IMG/VR virus record: IMGVR_UViG_3300023440_000001
Coordinates: 64,001 to 128,000 of that record
Origin: a virus
Reading direction: 5' to 3' (one strand)
DNA length: 64,000 nt
The translations under genes and the position numbers were made by a program. Positions 58,032-64,000 of the stretch are shown here, in pieces (position 1 is the first letter of the stretch; each line of letters opens with the position of its first letter). The notes under the pieces were generated by a model. It saw nothing but the letters and a program-made list of their open reading frames with translations. It was not told the origin of the DNA and ran no database searches.

Positions 58032-58269
58032 CAATACGAGTCGGACGATTGTCGATTTTGGTAGAGCCATGGATCTTACAGCACATCTTAATTGGTCTAT
58101 CTATACGCTGGACAATAATACCGGCAATCATGGTGATATTCTTATTGGACCGGGTAGTAGAACCAGTTATCATGGCTACACATTTAATGAAGCAATATTC
58201 GATGATATAATCGATGGACGTGAAGAAGCACTTCGTGCTGCTGTTGATAGCGATGAGTTTATCATTTGA
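58018..58269 (+). CDS. Hypothetical protein
   Basis: ORF in operon. Confidence 0.6.
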   Translation: MGLSDNTSRTIVDFGRAMDLTAHLNWSIYTLDNNTGNHGDILIGPGSRTSYHGYTFNEAIFDDIIDGREEALRAAVDSDEFII

Positions 58270-58613
58270 TAAGGAGATTGATTGGTATGGGTGGTAAGAA
58301 GAAGAAACCGGCAAAGATGGGCCATCAGAGAAGCAGTAACCCTGTAATATATGGACCCACCTTTAGTGCAACCTTTAAAGAAGTAATTGCACTGATCAAT
58401 GATGATCGGGAAGCAATTGTGGTTCTTGATGATAAGGGGACTCGTGCCATCGTGGATGCGCACTGGGTCATGAAGAACTCCCGTACCGGCAAGCTAGAAC
58501 CGATCCGGATGGCCTGTCCGATAGTGTACGATGCCAATCGTCGCAGTGAAGCCATCAGGAAGTATCAACATTATCAACAAAGTCATAAGGAGGAAGTAGA
58601 TGGTAATGCCTGA
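58266..58613 (+). CDS. Hypothetical protein
   Basis: AAGGAG SD (start may be 58287). Confidence 0.7.
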   Translation: MIRRLIGMGGKKKKPAKMGHQRSSNPVIYGPTFSATFKEVIALINDDREAIVVLDDKGTRAIVDAHWVMKNSRTGKLEPIRMACPIVYDANRRSEAIRKYQHYQQSHKEEVDGNA

Positions 58614-59142
58614 AGTACTGTTTAAGCGCGTACATCCGGCGGCAAAACTGCCAACTCGAGCGCACATGACGGATGCTGGCTATGATCTATATTCAATCGA
58701 CCATATAATCATCGGACCTGGTGAGCGTGCTATGGTACGAACTGGTTTGCAAATGGCCATGCCGGGACCGGTTAGTATGTTTGCCGGTGAATATCCCCAC
58801 TGGGAAGACAGTGAGACCAGTCCTGCAGCAGCTCTCATCGGGTTTGACTTCCCTCAGGTGTTTCATGTCTGTTGGGAAGCCCAGATTCGACCGCGATCCG
58901 GAAGTGCATTCAAGCGTGGTCTGACGGTAATCAATACTCCGGGTACAATTGATTCTGGATACCGGGGTGATATTAATGTGCTGCTAGTCAATCTGGATGG
59001 CGAATCGATTGAAATACGTCCCGGTGATAAGATTGCCCAGATGGTTTTCAATCTGGTAGTTCATCCACAGCTGAAAGTGGTTGATGAGCTGCCAGAATCG
59101 GATCGGGGTGAGAAAGGATTTGGAAGTACTGGAGGAGTATGA
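58600..59142 (+). CDS. dut: Trimeric dUTPase
   Basis: DAGYDL, RPRSG, PGTIDSGYRG, IAQ, RGEKGFGSTG. Confidence 0.96.
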   Translation: MVMPEVLFKRVHPAAKLPTRAHMTDAGYDLYSIDHIIIGPGERAMVRTGLQMAMPGPVSMFAGEYPHWEDSETSPAAALIGFDFPQVFHVCWEAQIRPRSGSAFKRGLTVINTPGTIDSGYRGDINVLLVNLDGESIEIRPGDKIAQMVFNLVVHPQLKVVDELPESDRGEKGFGSTGGV

Positions 59143-59666
59143 TGGATAGTTTGCTGGCTTATAATCGAGATGAAGATGTGGATACCGAGCAGGTACCGTT
59201 CGCCTTTGCCGGTATGGCAGGTAAGCAGGTAAATCGTAACCCATTCCGGCGACTTCGCAGAGATCCCTATGTTCTGAAGAGTGGTGCCATGTTCTTTATC
59301 AGTGAGCGACCGGCCCGGGAATTCGGTGAATGGATGGAAACGTTTGTTACCAATCTGAGTAATCAATATGCATCCATCCCGTATGACGATCGGGTTCGTA
59401 AGATATATGCCAAGCATTATCGTCGCGATGGCATGACGGATCTGGGCATGGTTCTGCACTACTGGACCCACCGTTATCAGGGATTGGAGTTTACTCTGCT
59501 GGATCTGAAGTCAGCGGATTTACGGATAGGTTTCGTCTATGGCAAAGATGCACCGGTCAATATAGTCGAATTGCTATCTTATGCCTATGAATCCATTCCC
59601 AACCATCATCCGCTGAAGAAACGCTTTCTGGCTTTCTTAACCAATAAGCCCGACAATAACGGGTAA
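59139..59666 (+). CDS. Hypothetical protein
   Basis: ATGA overlap, SD. Confidence 0.75.
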   Translation: MMDSLLAYNRDEDVDTEQVPFAFAGMAGKQVNRNPFRRLRRDPYVLKSGAMFFISERPAREFGEWMETFVTNLSNQYASIPYDDRVRKIYAKHYRRDGMTDLGMVLHYWTHRYQGLEFTLLDLKSADLRIGFVYGKDAPVNIVELLSYAYESIPNHHPLKKRFLAFLTNKPDNNG

Positions 59667-59677
59667 GGGGAAATGAG

Positions 59678-59842
59678 ATGTTATACATAATCGGGTATCT
59701 TGTACTGTCATTGATAACTATAGCTGTGCTGAATACTGTCTCTGAACTGGCAGGTTTCTTAACCTTTTATGTTGGTCAGGCTATCCTGCTGCTGACTATG
59801 CGGATGCCGGAATGGTATCGAAACCACGTACCTGGAGAGTGA
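59678..59842 (+). CDS. Small membrane protein (54 aa)
   Basis: AAGGGG SD, two hydrophobic segments. Confidence 0.5.
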   Translation: MLYIIGYLVLSLITIAVLNTVSELAGFLTFYVGQAILLLTMRMPEWYRNHVPGE

Positions 59843-60152
59843 TATCGACCTGCTTATCCTTCAGCTGTATACGCTGCTGGAACTCTTCATAATAGTTGTC
59901 GACTGGCAGGTTGATAATAACCTGATGATTGATAACATGATAATCATGGCGCAGTCTTCGCCTGAGTATGACGGAGATGCGCTTTGTAAGATCGGCAATG
60001 GAGTTGAACTCTTCACGTCTTTGTTGAGGTTTTCTGGTGCCAATGCGGCCCCATTGACGAATAAGCAGAAGAGTTCCGAATAGGGAGAGCTGAACGTCCA
60101 TCCGGTAGAACTTGTAGTTATTGCGCTGTATATTAATACATTCCAGGTACAT
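59796..60152 (-). CDS. WGR-domain protein
   Basis: N..KFY......LFG...L.R.WGRIGT. Confidence 0.85.
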   Translation of the reverse strand: MYLECINIQRNNYKFYRMDVQLSLFGTLLLIRQWGRIGTRKPQQRREEFNSIADLTKRISVILRRRLRHDYHVINHQVIINLPVDNYYEEFQQRIQLKDKQVDITLQVRGFDTIPASA

Positions 60153-60225
60153 ATCTTTAATATAATGGATGTTCAGATCTAATTCAAGTATAAGTTGCAC
60201 AATTACGATACTTATCGGAGGTTTC

Positions 60226-60471
60226 ATGTTCGACGTTAAGGAAGTGGTTATTGACGATCCCGAGTTGATAAGCGCTTCTTTCGGGATAGTAAATCAGCAT
60301 CTTGAAATCATATTCATGAGCAATAATAAGCAGATTGGTCGATTGTGGTTTGAAGATGACCAACTGCATTTCGAAGGCAGGGTAGGGGATAGTGCCCGAC
60401 AGTTCTTTGATTTAATGCTCAAGCCGATTGCTGACGCCTATATTCAGGACCGGCTGAGCAAGAAACAATAG
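60226..60471 (+). CDS. Hypothetical protein
   Basis: GGAGG SD. Confidence 0.75.
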   Translation: MFDVKEVVIDDPELISASFGIVNQHLEIIFMSNNKQIGRLWFEDDQLHFEGRVGDSARQFFDLMLKPIADAYIQDRLSKKQ

Positions 60472-60480
60472 GAGGTAATT

Positions 60481-60705
60481 ATGATGAGTCAGAAGTTGGA
60501 GGATCTACTCAAGCAGAAGAATCCAGAAGAGATATGGGTTTGCAGTGTGTGCGGGAGCTTGGAAGTGCAATCGGTAGTATGGGCGGAAATCAATACTGGT
60601 AAGATTACTGAAGACTATCCCGATGAAGATGATTGGTGCCCGGATTGTTGTATGGAAGTAACTGCTATTACGCTTGATGAGTGGGATGACAAGTATTCAG
60701 AATGA
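60481..60705 (+). CDS. Zn-finger protein, paralog 1
   Basis: VC..CGS..V...W...NT...WCP.C. Confidence 0.8.
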   Translation: MMSQKLEDLLKQKNPEEIWVCSVCGSLEVQSVVWAEINTGKITEDYPDEDDWCPDCCMEVTAITLDEWDDKYSE

Positions 60706-60746
60706 CTTGACTGAATAACTTAATCAAAACATTGAAGAGGTTTATT

Positions 60747-60983
60747 ATGTGGACTGAACAGCTAGAAGAACATATTCGTAACAGTGAACCAAATGAACTG
60801 CTTGTATGCGAGTGGTGTGGTAGTGCCGGAGTTGAAGTACTGGCATGGGTTAACGCCAATACCTGGGAGTATGTTGGTGATGGTCCAAATGAAAAGGCCT
60901 GGTGTCCTAAATGTGAAGAAGAAGTCTATTTAACCACATTGGATAAGTGGCAAGCCAGAATGGAGGAAGACGATGAAGAATAG
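60747..60983 (+). CDS. Zn-finger protein, paralog 2
   Basis: VC..CGS..V...W...NT...WCP.C. Confidence 0.8.
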   Translation: MWTEQLEEHIRNSEPNELLVCEWCGSAGVEVLAWVNANTWEYVGDGPNEKAWCPKCEEEVYLTTLDKWQARMEEDDEE

Positions 60984-61947
60984 GTTAGATGAAATCATGG
61001 GAGTAAAGATCCCTGTATTAGATGAGGGATTTGTCCGGGTGGTGGATTACATGGGAGATGATGCGGCCATTGTGCAGGCTGCCCGGGTATCCTATGGTAA
61101 AGGAACAAAGACCATTCGGGATGACGAGAGTCTGATTCGCTATCTCATGCGTCACGAACATACCAGTCCGTTTGAGATGTGCGAGATTAAGCTACACGTA
61201 AAAGTGCCCATGTATATCTGGCGACAATGGATTCGGCACCGTACGGCCAGTGTCAATGAGGTTAGTGGACGCTATTCAATTATAGAAGATGTGGTTCAGA
61301 AGACGCAACCCGGACAGTGGCGTACACAATCGAAAACCAATAAGCAAGGTAGTAGTGATTACCTGCCGGGTGATATTGGTATGCGGTTGTCAGAAGCGGA
61401 GTTTGAGCTACACGAACACGCACGGGCTATTTATGAAGAGCGGCTGAAAGAAGGTGTGGCCCGGGAACAGGCACGTAAAGACCTGCCGCTATCGACTTAT
61501 ACGGAAGCCTACTGGAAGATCGACCTGCGCAACCTGCTTCATTTCCTGAAGCTGCGTATGGATGAGCACGCCCAGTATGAAATCCGTGAATATGCCAATG
61601 TTATTGGATGGAGCATTGTGGAGCGCTGGGTACCGATCACCTGGAAAGCGTTCACTGATTACTATCTCCGCACCATTAAGCTTTCCAAGCCTGAGCTGGA
61701 TATTATTCAGGATCTCAACCAGGGCAGCCTGTGGTCGGCTACCAAGTGGCCGGTACTCAATGGCCTGATCTATGTTGATGATTACGGTCAGGTGAAGTTC
61801 ACCGGCGAGTTCCGGGAGCTGCTGGATAAGCTGTTGGAGTTAGGATACTCACCGGAACTGGTTGAAGACTTTAAGAATGGTGCGGAGACGGAAGCACTTT
61901 ATCACTATGAGAGGATCAGGAGAGATGAAGTCGAAGAAGTACGGTAA
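60973..61947 (+). CDS. thyX: Flavin-dependent thymidylate synthase
   Basis: AARVSY, H.SPFE, RHRTASVNEVSGRY, AREQAR..LP, HAQYEI. Confidence 0.97.
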   Translation: MKNRLDEIMGVKIPVLDEGFVRVVDYMGDDAAIVQAARVSYGKGTKTIRDDESLIRYLMRHEHTSPFEMCEIKLHVKVPMYIWRQWIRHRTASVNEVSGRYSIIEDVVQKTQPGQWRTQSKTNKQGSSDYLPGDIGMRLSEAEFELHEHARAIYEERLKEGVAREQARKDLPLSTYTEAYWKIDLRNLLHFLKLRMDEHAQYEIREYANVIGWSIVERWVPITWKAFTDYYLRTIKLSKPELDIIQDLNQGSLWSATKWPVLNGLIYVDDYGQVKFTGEFRELLDKLLELGYSPELVEDFKNGAETEALYHYERIRRDEVEEVR

Positions 61948-62257
61948 AGCACGAGTTCGTATCTCCGAGGAAGCCATGAGCGAGATTCTGAAGACCCTGT
62001 TTGTCCCGGAGGAATACCGGGACAGGGTCGAAGTCTCACGTATCTTTGATTCGCCTGAGTGGGCGGGCTACTCCCTGGTATTAAGAGAGCCGGTTGAAGA
62101 AACAGAACCGAAGTGGTTGCCGCTAACACCGGAAGGTCAAGAGATACCTTTCATCACAATTACACTGAATGGGCTGGAGTTAATTGCCATGGAGGAGCCG
62201 TTCAATGACTTTATCAAACGTCGTGTAGAAGAGATCCAGGATGAACTGCATTTATAA
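61925..62257 (+). CDS. Hypothetical protein
   Basis: AGGAG SD. Confidence 0.7.
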   Translation: MKSKKYGKARVRISEEAMSEILKTLFVPEEYRDRVEVSRIFDSPEWAGYSLVLREPVEETEPKWLPLTPEGQEIPFITITLNGLELIAMEEPFNDFIKRRVEEIQDELHL

Positions 62258-62262
62258 GGAAT

Positions 62263-62682
62263 GTGTTGATGAAAGTTGCTATTAGAAATGGTCTGATAGT
62301 AGATGTTACACATCTGAAATATGAAAGCATTGGTATTGTTGCTTTCCATGAGTCAAATCCGGGGGTGTTATACCCAATAGAATCTCTGGAGGATAAAGAG
62401 TTGTTACAGGAAATACTGGATCGTTTCGGTCAGGATGGTATAACTCCATGTCTGGATCTAATTGAAGATACGGGCTTGTCCGACCCGGCAGAATTGGAAG
62501 GAGTGGAGATTAGTTATCGCCAGGCTGGTAATCGTCTGGTGATACGTCTGGCACGCTCGGACTGGTTCTTTCCGAAGTATGTTACCATGCCACTTGCTGA
62601 ACTGCCGGCCAATCCAGCCTTCTATGATGGCTGGGAACTGGAACATCGCATACGGGCCTTTTTAAAGCGTAATCTCCGGTAG
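62263..62682 (+). CDS. Hypothetical protein
   Basis: ORF in operon. Confidence 0.7.
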   Translation: MLMKVAIRNGLIVDVTHLKYESIGIVAFHESNPGVLYPIESLEDKELLQEILDRFGQDGITPCLDLIEDTGLSDPAELEGVEISYRQAGNRLVIRLARSDWFFPKYVTMPLAELPANPAFYDGWELEHRIRAFLKRNLR

Positions 62683-62709
62683 CCGTTAGGTCTAAACGTT
62701 AATCTATTC

Positions 62710-62738
62710 TTGATAACCCGGTATCCGTTTCGTATATT
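62710..62738 (+). promoter_or_regulatory. Host sigma70-type promoter
   Basis: TTGATA-N17-TATATT upstream of the GGAGG-led ORF at 62769. Confidence 0.55.
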
Positions 62739-62768
62739 GGGTTCCACTTTTCTGAAATGACGGAGGTT

Positions 62769-63053
62769 ATGCGTATGGATCGTGCCAGACAGATCCGCAT
62801 TGAAGCGGATTATGTTGCCTCGTTAACGACGAACGGCCGTTATGCGCACCACAAAGCAAATCTGATTCAATTAGTATATAACTATACATATCTTGGTGAG
62901 TTTGACTGCGCATGTTGTGCATTAGAACGGCTGGATCGTTTCATTAGAACAGGAGTAGATTGTGGACAGCCTGAAGATTGCTTGCGTCGGAAATCGGATG
63001 GTTCCGGCTGGTATACAGCATGCTCTGGAAGACATTGCCGCAGGGCTGGTTGA
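62769..63053 (+). CDS. Cys-rich hypothetical protein
   Basis: GGAGG SD; overlaps the next gene. Confidence 0.55.
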   Translation: MRMDRARQIRIEADYVASLTTNGRYAHHKANLIQLVYNYTYLGEFDCACCALERLDRFIRTGVDCGQPEDCLRRKSDGSGWYTACSGRHCRRAG

Positions 63054-63474
63054 GGAAGGATACATTATCGCCACGGGAAATGCAGATGGCTCTGATGCCG
63101 CCTTTGCTCGTGGCGGTAATCGTGTCGATCCAACACGTGTACATTTGTTCCTACCATGGCCGGAGTACAACAAACATCTTATCCATCCTTCTAATGTAGT
63201 CTCTGTTTTAAGCCCTTCAGATCTGGAGGAGTTTCGACCTGTAGTAGAGAGAATACATCCAGCTCCGGAACGACTGAAGGAGTCTCATATCCGACTGCAT
63301 GCTCGTAACATATTGATTCTGCGTAATGCGCGTGCCTGTCTGTGTTATCAGGCCAGACGCAGCGGTGGTACTCAGTTTGGAATTGACTACGCACGATCGG
63401 TTGGTATTCCGGTTCTTAACCTGTATGATCCGGTGGTGTTAGAACGGGTCTTACGGAGACTTAAACTGCGTTAG
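62962..63474 (+). CDS. SLOG/DprA-like protein
   Basis: A.VG.R, TG.A.G.D, LPW, HP, HARN, GGT, IPV.NL. Confidence 0.85.
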   Translation: MDSLKIACVGNRMVPAGIQHALEDIAAGLVEEGYIIATGNADGSDAAFARGGNRVDPTRVHLFLPWPEYNKHLIHPSNVVSVLSPSDLEEFRPVVERIHPAPERLKESHIRLHARNILILRNARACLCYQARRSGGTQFGIDYARSVGIPVLNLYDPVVLERVLRRLKLR

Positions 63475-63576
63475 GATGTACTACCCAATTATTAATATAA
63501 CATATCTTATGTAAACTTGGGGGTATAAATCAAGTCCCCTGCCTTGATATTAACGTTTGACGGAGGTTGGATGATA

Positions 63577-63939
63577 ATGGAACAGATTGTATACGGATCC
63601 CCACGTCATCAAAGGGCTATGACCATTGTTGAAGCTATTAAAGATCTGAAGTTGCCGGAGATAAAAGATGTCTATATAGATGACTGGGATGATTATGGTA
63701 CTTTCTATTTACTTGCCGAACTGGATCTGAATGAGTTTCTGTTTCCTACAACAAAGAACTTCAATCTGAATCGAGTATCCAGGAAGATAAGGCAGCTGAT
63801 TAATAACCACTCCTGGGCTAAATGCTACGGTGTCTATCATCCGGAGCGACGCTATCGTTATGTCGATCAGTACACCAGGGAATTCGATGGTTATGAGCGC
63901 AGCCTTACCTGGATTCATGTTTATATCTATCCGGAATAA
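63577..63939 (+). CDS. Hypothetical protein
   Basis: GGAGG SD. Confidence 0.7.
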   Translation: MEQIVYGSPRHQRAMTIVEAIKDLKLPEIKDVYIDDWDDYGTFYLLAELDLNEFLFPTTKNFNLNRVSRKIRQLINNHSWAKCYGVYHPERRYRYVDQYTREFDGYERSLTWIHVYIYPE

Positions 63940-64000
63940 GGTACCATTGATTAATAAACTATAAACCATGGAGGTTTTTACTATGCTGACAGCCATAAAA

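Noticed and set aside
107-63996. Many minus-strand ORFs in the track (e.g. 1328-1933, 30033-30572, 40122-40673, 52344-52898)
   Set aside because: Antisense shadows of well-supported plus-strand genes, with no motifs or SD
1-64000. Stop-codon reassignment
   Set aside because: Code 11 gives dense, intact genes ending in TAA, TAG and TGA
1-64000. Apparent abundance of CCGG and GATC
   Set aside because: Cannot be quantified by eye and may follow from codon usage; needs a Markov-model k-mer test

Overview
Gene-dense, almost entirely plus-strand segment of a large dsDNA bacteriophage genome, covering the early (host-takeover) region and the replication/nucleotide-metabolism region. No virion structural genes were recognised. 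Recognisable genes: SSB, RecA, Rad52/Sak-like annealer, RecD2 helicase, DnaG primase, family A DNA polymerase with an N-terminal UDG-like domain, beta-clamp-like and DnaX-like proteins, family 4 UDG, class II RNR, ThyX, dUTPase, dNMP kinase, RNA ligase 1 plus Pnkp, RlaP-like nucleotidyltransferase, macrodomain, Mod-like adenine methyltransferase, a sigma70-like factor and two MoxR-AAA/VWA pairs. The most striking observations are: (1) a dispersed fixed-geometry element, palindrome GTAGACTGnCAGTCTAC-N13-ATTCACT-N22/23-TAnnnT, in six copies plus one partial, which looks like an activator-dependent phage promoter, alongside a sigma factor that seems to lack its region-4 HTH and a separate sigma4-like protein; (2) a close match to plant Whirly ssDNA-binding proteins; (3) three tRNA-shaped RNAs with no canonical anticodon arm; (4) a repeated CCCAAAACACAGGAGGT leader, C-GAA-G hairpins and twin 21-aa peptides in the early region. 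All calls come from reading motifs by eye; no database searches were run.
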